From Setoptus koraiensis (taxonomy: Eukaryota; Animalia; Arthropoda): a DNA stretch of 64,000 nt. Made by a program: the position numbers and the translations under genes. The stretch covers positions 15,624,001-15,688,000 of the forward strand of contig CM106586.1 of NCBI GenBank assembly GCA_048013815.1. The letters are read 5' to 3'. This document shows, piece after piece, positions 45,171 to 56,925 of the stretch. The first letter of the stretch is position 1; every line of letters starts with the position of its first letter. The notes beneath the pieces were generated by a model that had not been told where the DNA came from, searched no databases, and saw nothing but the letters and a program-made list of their open reading frames with translations.

Positions 45171-48100
45171 ACCAAAGCAGTGCCAGTACCTCAATTGTGC
45201 AACTGTCTCAGCTCAGTCACAGTTCACAAGCGTCGGTTGTGTCCGATTGCGGCGCACAACAACAACACAACCAAAGCGAACCCACCATCACCAACAACAA
45301 CAGCTCACATCACATTCACATTCAGCACACTGTCAACCACAACAACTATACCACCAACCACAACAACTATACCACCAACCACAACCACAATAGCAGCATA
45401 TCCGACGAGGATCTAGTGGAGCATCCGCGAACCGATTTGTCGGCGGGCGATTTGCTTGTTGGCGGCTACTCGCTGGAATTGGCCAAATCAATATTGGAGC
45501 ATCAGTGCAAATCGGTGCCAGACGAATTGAGCAGCGACAAGTTCAAATTCGACAGTTGCGAATTGTTGGCCACCGGCAACAACCTCGACGCAACAACACT
45601 CACCACAAACAGCGACCAATCGCCACCAACTGGCACCGACGCGACACACTCTCACCGACCAGCCGAGCCCGTTTTGCAGCGACCGACTGAGCCCGTTTTG
45701 CAGCGACCGGAAGTAGCCGAAAGTAGCTCGAACAACTCGAGCGACGCGTGCTCGCCAAAATCAGTGGGCGAACAGCGCGTGCGAGCGGCACAATCGTCGC
45801 ACCAACAATCGGCCTGGACAATCAGCGACAGTGACACTGATCAACAAGCGATCAGCGACGGCACACTCGGGCCCCAGCAACTGGGTGGCTCAAACGGTTT
45901 GAGCGGATTAAGCGGCGCACAGCAACTGGAAAAAGGGCCCCCCAATCGGCCGACGAGTCGCACAATCGATTCGCAGCAACAGCACACAGCGGACAGTTTG
46001 GGTGACATTTCGCGACTTGTTCGCGCCACCAGCAACGACTCGCTCGACAACCAGAGTGCGGCCTCAGTTTCGTCGACACTGACAGCCAGCGACAGCAACA
46101 GCAAATTGCACAGCGCCCCACTGATGACCAACAATCAATTGCAATCGCAGCCATCACAACACATCAACAACAACAATCTACCTGGCGGTCAGCCACAACA
46201 ACAATTAAAATCACAATCGGCCACCGATTTCACCGCAAAGCCGCACAACTCACAACAGCACTCACACACACACAGCGCACGACCACTGACCGGAAGTAAA
46301 CAATCGCTGCTATCGCAACAGCAACAGCAGCGCACCCTACAGAATCACACCATTGCAGACAGTAGGCAGCAGGACAGGGAACAGCTGACCGACAGCAGCA
46401 GTCGGTCTACGCAATCTTACGTAACTGCGCCCCTAGCGCCAGCCAGTTTTTCAGCCGCATCGGGCCCTGTTGCGGGCGCCCTAGACAGCAGCGCAAGCAA
46501 CATGTCGGTGTCCATGTACGAGACGGCCCGATCGAGCACCATGACTCCCACGGAATACCATTCAATATCCGTGTCGCACGCGGCCGCCGCTGGCGGACCC
46601 GACGCATTGGCCGACAACGGACAGGGCGGCCAAGTGAACAACATTGCGCAGCAGCACAGAGCCGACAGCAACCAGTACCGTCTGCAGTCGTCGTCGCCGC
46701 TGTCGCTGCTGTCGGGCTCGCTGGCCGACCCCGAAGATACCCAGGCGGGTCTCAGCAGCCAGCAAACGCTGTCCGCGTGCTCGTCGCGGGCCGGCGACTT
46801 AAGCGAGGACACCGCCACGCTGACGCCCGCTCCCGAGGAGCTGGCGGCCAACGAGGAGGCGCTACAGGACGACTTGGACTCCGCCGACTCGTTGGGGGCG
46901 CGCTTGGGCGGCTCTGCGCCGGGACGGCGCGATGCCGGCGAGCCCGACGACGCCACACAGAGCGCGCCGGCAGCCGATCGGTCGGGCCGACTGACGGGCC
47001 GGGCCCACGATGCCCATCTGCTAGGCCCAGAGGACGTTTCAGCGGACGGCGATGACGTGTCCGCTGAAACGTCCTCTGGCGCGACCAGGGACGAGCACGA
47101 CGCCGACGACGAGATAAGACGCGCAAACAAGCGACGCGCCAAAGTGCTGGAGTGGCACACGGACGAACAAGCGGACCGGCCCGTGGAAGAGGACGTCGGC
47201 GATCTAGAGCAGGCGGCGGGACCCGATGAGCAGCAATTGAAGCGAATTCTCATGAACAAACGCACCTCGGATGGCGCGCTCCGGTTCAGCCGGGCCAACT
47301 CGTCGGGCGGCGCGCCGGCCGCCAATCTGGGTGCGGGCCAGATGCGCAAAAACTCGCTGCCTCAGGTGGACGAGACCAGTGCCATACACTTCGCATCCAT
47401 GACAAGCGGCGGCCCGTTGAGCGGGGCCGGGTCAACACGTAACGGTCAGCAGCAGCAGCAGTTTGTGCAGCGGCCCCAGTCGCTGTACAAAGATTGCGTT
47501 GGCCGCCGGCTGGCGGCCAACGGCAACCAGACGGGCGCAAGTTGCGGGCCCGGCGCGGATCAATATTTGGGCAGTGGCGGTGACCTGAGCGGGGCCGGTC
47601 AGCAGCATGCTGCGATGCGACGGGACTCGCGCGATCACAGTAGCTCGTCGGCGTCGCTGGAATCGCGATCGCCCATGCACCGGCGATCGCGAGACTCGAG
47701 CATTATATCACAGAGCAGCGTCACCAGTAGCATACTGAGCGATCACGCCCGCAATCAGCTCAACTTTGACCTAAGTCCCGATTTGGCGCCCGACATAAGC
47801 CTGCACGATGTAAACAATTATCACCTGTACGAAGATAGGCCCGCCTCGCCGGTTCCGCTCGGGTCCGACCGATCGAGCCCGGTGGATCTGGGCGCGGTTG
47901 GCCTGGCGCGCGGTCCGTCGCGCGCTTCCGGCCCGCAGTCGATACAAGCGCGCGGAGTGAACGCAGAATTTTCGCTGGATTTCGACTGCGACCATACCAC
48001 GCCCACGCCGCCTCTGTCGCCGCTGGCCAGCGGCGACCAGGTCAGAACAACAACAACACCCGAGCTGCACGAAGCCGCCTGCCGGCCGGCAACAGCAACA

Positions 48101-49805
48101 GCAACGACAACAGCTACAACAACCGCAACCACAACAGCTACAACAATTGCAACGACAACAGGCGCGCCAGGTGAACAGCAACAGTTGGCCGGAAGTGGTG
48201 AGTCGCTTGACGCGGTCAATTGGGCCCCATCGGGCAAGCGGTCGCCGGCTACCACGGGCAGCAACGACGCCAATGGCAACAAGGTCAGATTGCGCCAGGT
48301 TTCGTCGCCGGCGGGCTCGTCGTCGCTGGCCGAATTTGAGATATTGGAGCGCTCCATGTGCAGCCAATCGTCCGATCAAGACGAGCTGGCCGGCCGGCAG
48401 CAACCACAACCGCCACAACAACAACAACCGCAGCAACAACAATCGCAGCAACAACAACATGCGCATCTACGGTCGGACGCGGCCACCGTCGATGGCGGTC
48501 GCCAGCGCACCGCGCATCAGTTGGAGGCGCCAACGGGCCCGGGCGGACGCGACAACGGAAATTCGCTGTCGCTGATCGAGGAGGGCGTCGAGACCAAGTC
48601 GTCGTCGTCGTCGCTGTCGTCGCTGGCCAACACCGACCGACAACCGCAACACTTGCAACATGTCCAACAGCTACAGCAACTGGCCAGCGTTGAAACGGAC
48701 TCGCTGTCCAGCAAACTGTCGACAGCAACAACGGCAACCGCAACAACAAACAAAACGTGTCAGCCAATAGAGGACGGCGACGGAGCAACGGGGGCCTCAA
48801 ACAAAGAGCACCGGCAGCAGCAAAAAACGCTTGTTGCGCGCTCTATCCAATTGAAAGACAAGGTAGCGAGTAATGGCGATGCATCATCATTGTCGTTATT
48901 ATCATCATTATCATCGTTGGATGAGGCACAGGAGTCGTCGCTGTCGACAAACGCAACCATTGCAACCTCATGTGAGGCCCACAAGTCGCCCACGACAACT
49001 GACAGCATTGACGGGTCACAATCCGGCACTTCCGGCGACACCGTTGAGTCTAGCGACAACAGCACTGCTCGACTTGAGCCTCGAGAATTGTCGCACGCGA
49101 CTGCTGGCGCCACCACCAAACAACAGGCCAGAGTGGGCGCCTTCAGTGGTGGTCGTTCCTCTTCGTTGAGCGCCACCACAAATGTTGCGTCTCACCAAGT
49201 GCACAGCGTGCTTGCTTCAGGCCCCAGCAGCGGCCGGCCCGCAATCAAATCCAAGCTGGTGGGACCCGCTCAATCAAGCCGCCAGTCAATGAGCCAACGC
49301 GCCTCATCGATATCGTCGTCAAACAACAGCAATCAACAACAACCACAACAGTATACCACATTTGGCCATAGGAAAATGTCTGCCCCGTCTGCAGGGGCCT
49401 CACCCAACCCGACTAAACCAATTGTTAGACAAACGAGCACGACAACAACTCACCAAAGTCCGTCGAGACTGCCCAAACCGAATCGATCTACATCCACTAG
49501 CGGCATAGTCAGACCTCAACCGACCCAACCACCGAGAGCACCCCACTCACCTGTGGCGGGCCGGCACCAACAACAACAGCTACACAATAACGACAGCAGC
49601 ACCATTAAAGCCGGCACCGGACGAAGCGGGCGCCATTCGCAATCGCCCGTCAATTCGCCGTCGCCAACTCATGGCTCGCAGCACGGAACCCCCAGACGAA
49701 CGCCCACGCCCAGGGCGCATTCATCGGCCGCGTCAACCTGTTCAAATTCATCCACATCTTCCACTACCTCGACTAACAGCCACTCAAAGGCGTCACTCAA
49801 AAACG
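44604..49805 (+). CDS. Ank2: Giant ankyrin exon, 5,202 nt, phase 1-1, S/Q/T-rich and predicted disordered
   Basis: Lies within the 1,763-aa track ORF, which has no true ATG start. CGACAG acceptor in phase 1 and AACG/GTAAGT donor just before the ORF stop. Confidence 0.75.
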
Positions 49806-50084
49806 GTAAGTTAACCAGCTCACAGCTGACCGGAAGTTGGTGACTTGGTGGTCCGCTAACCGTTGCCATCGACTGATCATCCGTTGCCGTCTAACATAGT
49901 CGACACCAACTGACGCTTGACCCTCCAAAGCGCCTAGTTCAATATCTGGTTGAAGGTGATTGCTTGATCTGTTTTATTTTGCTTAGCTTTAATTTTGATT
50001 GCCAACTGCTCATCCAACTATGACCGTGTTTTTTTTTATTTTATTTTATTTTATTTTTATTCAATTTTGTTCGCTCATTTAAAG

Positions 50085-50413
50085 ATGATTATCGTCACAT
50101 TTATCTGATTGAAAAAACTAGAAAGGAGATGCTGAGAAAACAACTGATTGCCCACACAGGCAAGAGACCAAACGAGCAACGACAACCGCAACCAGTCAGC
50201 AGCAACATTGTTGGCCAATCTAACATCACATCGTCTATCTTGCAACAACAACAGCAACAACATCAAACGCCATCCCAAATAGCCGTGCTAACGACACCCA
50301 ACCGAGCAGCCTCTCGCCAGGTATCGCTGGGTCACAGACATAGTAGCGTGGGCTCCGACGGACGCTTAGTAGAATCAGAAAAGTTATGCTATTGTACCTC
50401 GCACGCACCATAG
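50085..50413 (+). CDS. Ank2: Terminal ankyrin exon (DDYRHIYLIEKTRKEMLRKQ...CTSHAP-stop)
   Basis: T-rich tract then TTTAAAG acceptor in phase 1, in frame with track ORF 50129-50413. Confidence 0.7.
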
Positions 50414-51933
50414 TCCCATAGTCCATTTACATTATTTTTTCAATTATTCAATTATTATTATTATTATTCAACCAACATGATCATTACAATTCATTATCAT
50501 TAGAGCGCGTGTAACGTCACGTGATTGTCATCTTGAATCCTATGATTGCGCATCTAAACGCGTCACCTAATTATCCTATCATAGAGCTTTAATGGAAATC
50601 AAATCTAGTTAGCTTATCGATTGAACAAGTCAAATTGTTACATACTGACCAACACTAAAATATTTATAGCATGACTTGATTGTTCAATCATACCACATAA
50701 AACGTATCGCTGTTCTGTTGTACAATCTAGTTCTAGATGGATCGAGTCACTCACCTAGATAAACACTTATTGCAAACCATGCTCGACGCCATTGACCATC
50801 TACACATTCATTCATTCTATTCTATTGTATCTCTATTTCACACTCAACATTAATTACACGATGAAACATCCGATCTCAGGTGGTGAAGGAGACGAACAAC
50901 ACCGAGACAGTTAATACAGTGTCTGGCGCTTTCTCATACAAGCTTAGACAGCCTGAATTTCAGCAAACTTTCCAGTGGTGACCATTCGCTAGATGAAAGG
51001 GAACCAAAAACAAACCTTGCACGCTCCACAAACTCACAACCAAGCAATAATACCACCGTTATACAGCTTTTACAATTGTTACAATTTACAATATGATATA
51101 ATCACATATACATATCACGTGAACTGTCACTGGCTACTTGAAATGTTCACCAACTGATTATCAGACAATAATACAATCTCGTGATAGAGATCACACAAAC
51201 CAAAGAAACATTGAGGCTTTTAATTGAATACAAATGTAATAATCAACAAAACAACGCAAGCAAAAATGTGCGAGCTATCGTTGTTGTTATTGTTACTGTA
51301 TCGCCCTGAACCCCGGTACTACCAATAAAAAATTTTGCTTTTGTTGATTGCAACTTATTGCAACATCACTTATTCACTATCACCAATAGTATAATATCAC
51401 TAACCAACCAATTGGCTCGGTGACATTTTTTCAGCTAACCTCATACTGTATGTAGCAAATGATTATGATTGGCGAAATTGTGGCTATTCATTAGCTATTC
51501 TACGTCACAAACAGATCACAACGACGACCCGTCGCGTTTGGAAATTCGATTCCTTTGCTTGTTAATTAGTCATCACTAATTAGAGTTATAATTTCATCCC
51601 TAATTCGTCCTATTGATCCAATGGGACATTGTGTTATGTGAACAGTCTCGTAGAGTGATTAGCAAAAAGTTAGTTACGTAATTTGGTGACGTAAATGCAA
51701 CGGTTGCTAACTCACACCAATATGAAAATAGTAGGCTCATAAAAATAGTTGTGTCGTCAGTAAGCCAGTTGTTGTTGTCAGTGTATTATTACCACATCAA
51801 TAACGAGTGTAATAGTATTACGTGGATAAACTTAGATTTACTGACTTGTTGGACATACAATCCATCTGTCAACTTCAATTCAATGAATACAGTCAACTTG
51901 GTATATTTATCCTATTGCGAGTAGCCGATCATC

Positions 51934-53751
51934 ATGCAACTTCGAATCAGAGCTACTACAGCCAACTACAGCTTGAAATTGATGTTCGCTACCCCTCAGA
52001 GAATGCTTTTTGGCCACACTTTATCGGGCAACCATTTATTGAGGCTGTTGCAATTTGCAGCAGCCAACAGCGGTCGCCGAGAGATATGTTTGCCATCAAA
52101 AACTAGTAAAAGATGCATCTCCACTACAAACAATAGAACGGAACAACATTTAGAGAGCCAATTGACAGCTCCGAAAAACGAGACCATTCTAGGTTATAAG
52201 AACCAGCATGAGCAACATTGTAAGTTGCTCAAACAAGAACTCGGCTCTTTTATGTCAGAATGCCAACAAGTTCCAATCGTAATTCATGGTCAAGAGCACA
52301 AGACTGACAGGGTGAATTATCAGATAATTCCATTTGACAAAGAACACAAATTAGCCAAATTCTATTATGCAACGCCAGATATTATCAAGAAGGCAATCAA
52401 TTCCAATCTGGCGGCCAGGTTAGAATGGGAGAGGACGCCAGTGGTGGACAAGATGGCCATATTTAGCCGGGCAGCGGATTTAGTTTCGGGACCATACAGG
52501 CAAAAGTTGAACGCTGCCACTATTTTAGGTCAAGCCAAAACAGCCAAGCAAGCGGAAATTGATGCAGCGGCCGAATTGGCGGATTTTCTACGCTTTAATG
52601 TTCATTACTTGAGTCAATTATTACAGTTCAAGCCCATAAGCACTACCAATGAGCTCAATCTGATGAGATATCGCGGCCTAGAGGGTTTTGTGGCAGCTAT
52701 CAGTCCATTTAATTTCACCGCTATTGGTGGCAATTTGGCCAGCGGGCCAGCTCTAATGGGCAACACTGTCTTGTGGAAACCGTCTGACACTGCCATAATG
52801 TCAAATTATCTCGTATTTAAAATATTCCAAGAGGCCGGCTTGCCAAATGGCGTGATCAATTTCGTGCCCGCCAATGGGCTAGAGTTTGGCCAGACCATCA
52901 CAAGCGATGCAAATCTGGCCGGCATTAATTTTACGGGTAGTGTGGCCACCTTCCGATGGCTCTGGAATGAGGTGGGCATCAAAATCAGACAGTACAACAA
53001 TTATCCGAGGTTGAGTGGCGAATGCGGCGGAAAGAATTATCATTTTGTACATAGATCCGCACATTTAGACACAGTGGTGGCTCAAACTATTCGTTCGGCA
53101 TTCGAGTATAGTGGCCAAAAATGTTCAGCCTGCAGTAGATTGTATGTGCCTGAGAGCCTCTGGCCACAGATAAAACAACAACTAGCCGATATAGCCGGCG
53201 AAAAGCTCAAAATTGGACCGGCCACCGATCTGTCGGTTTACACGTCGGCCGTTATCGACGCAAGTGCCTTTAAACGACACCAGAACTACATAGAATACGG
53301 AAAAAAATCCCAGAGACTTGTTTGTGGCGGTCAAACAGACGATCAATCTGGTTACTATGTGAAGCCCACTATTTTTGAGACTAACAACCCCGCTGACAAG
53401 CTCATGGAGGAGGAGATTTTCGGACCAATACTAACCTGTTACGCTTATCCCGACAATAAGTTAGATGAAACGCTAGATCTTGTGGCAAACAATAGTAAAT
53501 ATGCATTAACGGGTGCCATTTTTGCTCAAGATGAGTCGTTTATCGAGCGAGCTTGCGACAAACTCAAAATGTCAGCAGGTAATTTCTACATCAACGATAA
53601 ATCTACTGGCGCAGTTGTCGGTCAACAACCATTTGGCGGTGGTCGACTATCTGGCACCAACGACAAGCCTGGCGGTCCTCACTATCTATTGAGATGGGCA
53701 AATCCGCAAACAATTAAAAGAGCTCAATTGCATCTGACAGAATGGGAATAA
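51934..53751 (+). CDS. ALDH4A1: Delta-1-pyrroline-5-carboxylate dehydrogenase, mitochondrial (ALDH4A1 family), single exon
   Basis: ISPFNFTAIGGNL, WKPSDTA, FTGSVATF, GECGGKN (catalytic Glu), FEYSGQKCSA (catalytic Cys), EEIFGP, and NDKSTGAVVGQQPFGGGRLSGTNDKPGGPHYLLRW. Arg/Ser-rich N-terminal extension. The real start may be the ATG at 51982. Confidence 0.96.
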   Translation: MQLRIRATTANYSLKLMFATPQRMLFGHTLSGNHLLRLLQFAAANSGRREICLPSKTSKRCISTTNNRTEQHLESQLTAPKNETILGYKNQHEQHCKLLKQELGSFMSECQQVPIVIHGQEHKTDRVNYQIIPFDKEHKLAKFYYATPDIIKKAINSNLAARLEWERTPVVDKMAIFSRAADLVSGPYRQKLNAATILGQAKTAKQAEIDAAAELADFLRFNVHYLSQLLQFKPISTTNELNLMRYRGLEGFVAAISPFNFTAIGGNLASGPALMGNTVLWKPSDTAIMSNYLVFKIFQEAGLPNGVINFVPANGLEFGQTITSDANLAGINFTGSVATFRWLWNEVGIKIRQYNNYPRLSGECGGKNYHFVHRSAHLDTVVAQTIRSAFEYSGQKCSACSRLYVPESLWPQIKQQLADIAGEKLKIGPATDLSVYTSAVIDASAFKRHQNYIEYGKKSQRLVCGGQTDDQSGYYVKPTIFETNNPADKLMEEEIFGPILTCYAYPDNKLDETLDLVANNSKYALTGAIFAQDESFIERACDKLKMSAGNFYINDKSTGAVVGQQPFGGGRLSGTNDKPGGPHYLLRWANPQTIKRAQLHLTEWE

Positions 53752-53797
53752 TACCTAAGATCGTTCGTTTTATGCATCACCTGAAAATGTTTAATTA

Positions 53798-55300
53798 TTA
53801 CATCACTATCGGATCTCTGAGGCTCTTTACAAACAAATTGTAACATTCTTTCCTGAGCGACTTAACCACTTCTCTGTGTCTGAGCTGATCCTCTAAATTG
53901 AGATTTATTTTGTAGCCGTGACAATCGCCAAATGGTATGGTAACTTCAGATCCGTTGGATTTTATCTTGAACAGGCACTTGCCTTGATTTGATAGGCCCC
54001 TTCCGATGGACCACATAAGTCGACAACAATCCATGCTGATGCGCTGCGAAACAAATATAACAATCTCGAGGTGACTTATTTGACACAGATATATGAGATG
54101 TTTCAGTCTGTCATCTTGATTGCCGATTTTATTGTCGCGGATTTGCAATTGTATGTTGAATTTTGTTATGCCACTCCTGTCAGATAAAAGGCTCTCAATC
54201 ATTCGCCTATGATGTTCGATCAAAGAAAGATTGTCCAGTAAAACGGATAAGCAACTCACACCAGCCGGTATAGATTTGAGGAATTTTGTTAATATATCCA
54301 TTTGATTAATGCTCGTCAACAATTCCATGCTTTTGAGAAACTGAAAATTCTCAACACTCCGTTGGAATAAATTCAATATGAGAAAATTAATCAGACAATA
54401 GTCGTTCGTCACGAGCCGTTTCAAGTATGTGGCCTCATTGAATAAAAATGGATAAATCTCTCTGAAGATGCCACCATCACAGTTTGTTGATTGTTGGTCC
54501 CGCGAGTGACGTGTTAATTGCACACTATCTAATTTTTGCAATATATCTACCATTTTGTCGCTCTTGCTGTTGTTATTGAATCTCCTAGTTGTGACATTTG
54601 ATTGGAATTCCTCGCGGACGTTCAATTTGAGGCACTTGATATTTCTGCAGCGTTTCAATAGATTTGCCAGACAGCAAGGCCTGATGTTGGCGTCGCGTCC
54701 CCAATCTATCAGATTTATGTCTAACTCGACTATGTTGTCGAAGGATTTTTGAAATTTCTCGCAATCTCCATCATGGTTGTCCTGGTTCCCATAATGAACT
54801 GTTATGTCAAGAGTTAGACAACGGATCTCAGCCGCATCTATTAGAACCATCAATTTGACGAAATTGCCAAACATGACCTCACCGGTCAGCTGCACCTCTC
54901 GACGACGAGCGATTTTCTTATTTATGATTCTGATTAACTTAGTGTCCCTCTGTACAAGAGGAAAATGGTTCAAATTGATAGAGATTGCTGACTCGGTGGG
55001 CAAGATGGATAGCACGAGGAAGAACCAGCGTCTACAAACGAGACTCAGATTTTTTTCCTCCTGAGCCGTTGAGTGTTTGCTCGAACGAAACACTCTCCTA
55101 AATACCTCTATGAGGCACTCATCGTCGAGATCATTCAGACTGGCGGTTGATGGTAGTGGTCGATGCTGCGGCGCTGGCTGCTTTGTCGGCGGATCCCCCA
55201 ATTTGGCCAATTTCGGGATGGCGGTCGACGAAGATTTAAATTTTTTTTGCTGAACAGATGTTGACGGTTGGCCAACGGTTTGATTAATTTGTTGATTCAT
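53798..55300 (-). CDS. F-box domain protein (500 aa from the ATG at 55300), possibly with a degenerate LRR-like C-terminal region
   Basis: LNDLDDECLIEVFRRV...LSLVCRRWFFL fits the F-box pattern (L..LP.E.L..IF..L...L..VC+RW). Leu/Ile-periodic C-terminus. Single exon. Confidence 0.75.
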   Translation of the reverse strand: MNQQINQTVGQPSTSVQQKKFKSSSTAIPKLAKLGDPPTKQPAPQHRPLPSTASLNDLDDECLIEVFRRVFRSSKHSTAQEEKNLSLVCRRWFFLVLSILPTESAISINLNHFPLVQRDTKLIRIINKKIARRREVQLTGEVMFGNFVKLMVLIDAAEIRCLTLDITVHYGNQDNHDGDCEKFQKSFDNIVELDINLIDWGRDANIRPCCLANLLKRCRNIKCLKLNVREEFQSNVTTRRFNNNSKSDKMVDILQKLDSVQLTRHSRDQQSTNCDGGIFREIYPFLFNEATYLKRLVTNDYCLINFLILNLFQRSVENFQFLKSMELLTSINQMDILTKFLKSIPAGVSCLSVLLDNLSLIEHHRRMIESLLSDRSGITKFNIQLQIRDNKIGNQDDRLKHLIYLCQISHLEIVIFVSQRISMDCCRLMWSIGRGLSNQGKCLFKIKSNGSEVTIPFGDCHGYKINLNLEDQLRHREVVKSLRKECYNLFVKSLRDPIVM

Positions 55301-55893
55301 CCTCACTTCTGGATCCACTGGTGGTTTAATTTAATTGTCACCAACTTTGTGGGCAAGTTTTTTTAAATACAATAATCGTGGGTTTATGTGGGAAGTTGTC
55401 CGAGAAACTAAAGTTTGTTTACTAAAAAACTTGTTTATGTTGTGCGCCTTTATACCCGCGCAGGGTGAACACATTTGTGCTGTGCGCAGCAGAGGCGAAC
55501 GGGACTGCGCCGTCCCTAACATTTACGTCCAACTGTGCCGCTTCCCTGCGCGCGAATTATTTGAATATAATTGTAATTATCATTACGTAGTGATTAGGGG
55601 AGCAACTCTGTGTTGGCTCACTTATATTGCTCACGCGGGTGCTCCCCGAATCTTGCTTCCGCTCCCCATCGGGGAGGCTCCCACGATCACTATGATAATT
55701 ATTCAAATAATTCGCGCGCAGGGAAGCGGCAGAATTGGGCGTAAACACGAGTTTCCGGGTTTGTATGTAGAAAAACTTGCCCACAAGGTTGCTGACAATA
55801 TTAAACCACCAGTAGATTTAGAAATGAGGATGAATCAAAAAATTAATCAAACCGTTGGCCATCCGTTAAAATTTGTTCAGCAAAAAAAATTTA
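55237..55893. repeat. Imperfect fold-back inverted duplication of the F-box 5' end and upstream region
   Basis: Outer arms 55237-55362 and 55771-55893 are reverse complements with a few mismatches. Inner arms include an exact 31-bp pair, 55536-55566 and 55701-55731 (TGCCGCTTCCCTGCGCGCGAATTATTTGAAT). Confidence 0.9.
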
Positions 55894-56875
55894 CCTAATA
55901 TCGTTCGTTTTATGCATCACCTGAAAATGTTTTTATTACTACATCACTATCGGATCTCTGAGGCCCTTTACAAACAAATTGTAACATTCTTTCCTGAGCG
56001 ACTCAATCACTTCTCTGTGTCTGAGCTGATCCTCTGAATTGAGATTTATCTTGTAGCCGTGACAATCGCCAAATGGTATGGTAACTTCAGATCCGTTGGA
56101 TTTTATCTTGAACAGGCACTTGCCTTGATTGGATAGGCCCCTTCCGATGGACCACATAAGTCGACAACAATCCATGCTGATGCGCTGCGAAACAAATATA
56201 ACAATCTCGAGGTGACTTATTTGACACAGATATATGAGATGTTTCAGTCTGTCATCTTGATTGCCGATTTTATTGTCGCGGATTTGCAATTGTATGTTGA
56301 ATTTTGTTATGCCACTCCTGTCAGATAAAAGGCTCTCAATCATTCGCCTATGATATTCGATCAAAGAAAGATTGTCTAGTGAAACGGATAAGCAGCTCAC
56401 ACCAGCCGGTAAAGATTTGAGGAATTTCGATAATGTATCCATTTGATTAATGCTCGTCAACAATTCCATGCTTTTGAGAAACTGAAAATTCTCAACACTC
56501 CGTTGGAATAAATTCAATATGAGAAAATTAATCAGACAATAGTCGTTCGTCACGAGCCGTTTCAAGTATGTGGCCTCATTGAATAAAAATGGATAAATCT
56601 CTCTGAAGATGCCACCATCACAGTTTGTTGATTGTTGGTCCCGCGAGTGACGTGTTAATTGCACACTATCTAATTTTTGCAATATATCTACCATTTTGTC
56701 GCTCTTGCTGTTGTTATTGAATCTCCTAGTTGTGACATTTGATTGGAAATCCTCGCGGACGTTCAATTTGAGGCACTTGATATTTCTGCAGCGTTTCAAT
56801 AGATTTGCCAGACAGCAAGGCCAACGGTTTGATTAATTTGTTAATTCATCCTCACCTCTGGATCTACTGGTGGTT
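55892..56875 (-). pseudogene. Recent tandem pseudocopy of the F-box gene, lacking the F-box domain
   Basis: Near-identical to 53752-54681 fused to 55270-55326. It has a 592-bp deletion at a GGCC microhomology (56819-56822) and ATG-AAT-TAA at 56849-56841 (CAA to TAA). Confidence 0.9.
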
Positions 56876-56925
56876 AGATCGTAGGGAGGTTACGAACGTA
56901 GATCTTTATACTTTTATACTTTCGG

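Noticed and set aside
44569-49869. Many antisense and alternate-frame ORFs over the giant exon (similar ones overlap the K/E exon and NWD2)
   Set aside because: They are shadow ORFs caused by GC-rich, repeat-rich coding sequence on the other frame or strand.
51934-53751. Horizontal transfer of intronless P5CDh from bacteria
   Set aside because: It has a mitochondrial-presequence-like N-terminus and eukaryote-type ALDH4A1 motifs, and neighbouring host genes are also intronless. A phylogeny would be needed to claim otherwise.
55335-55898. 187-aa plus-strand ORF
   Set aside because: It runs through the palindromic spacer, and only its last about 35 residues mirror the F-box N-terminus via the inverted fragment. 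There is no independent coding evidence.
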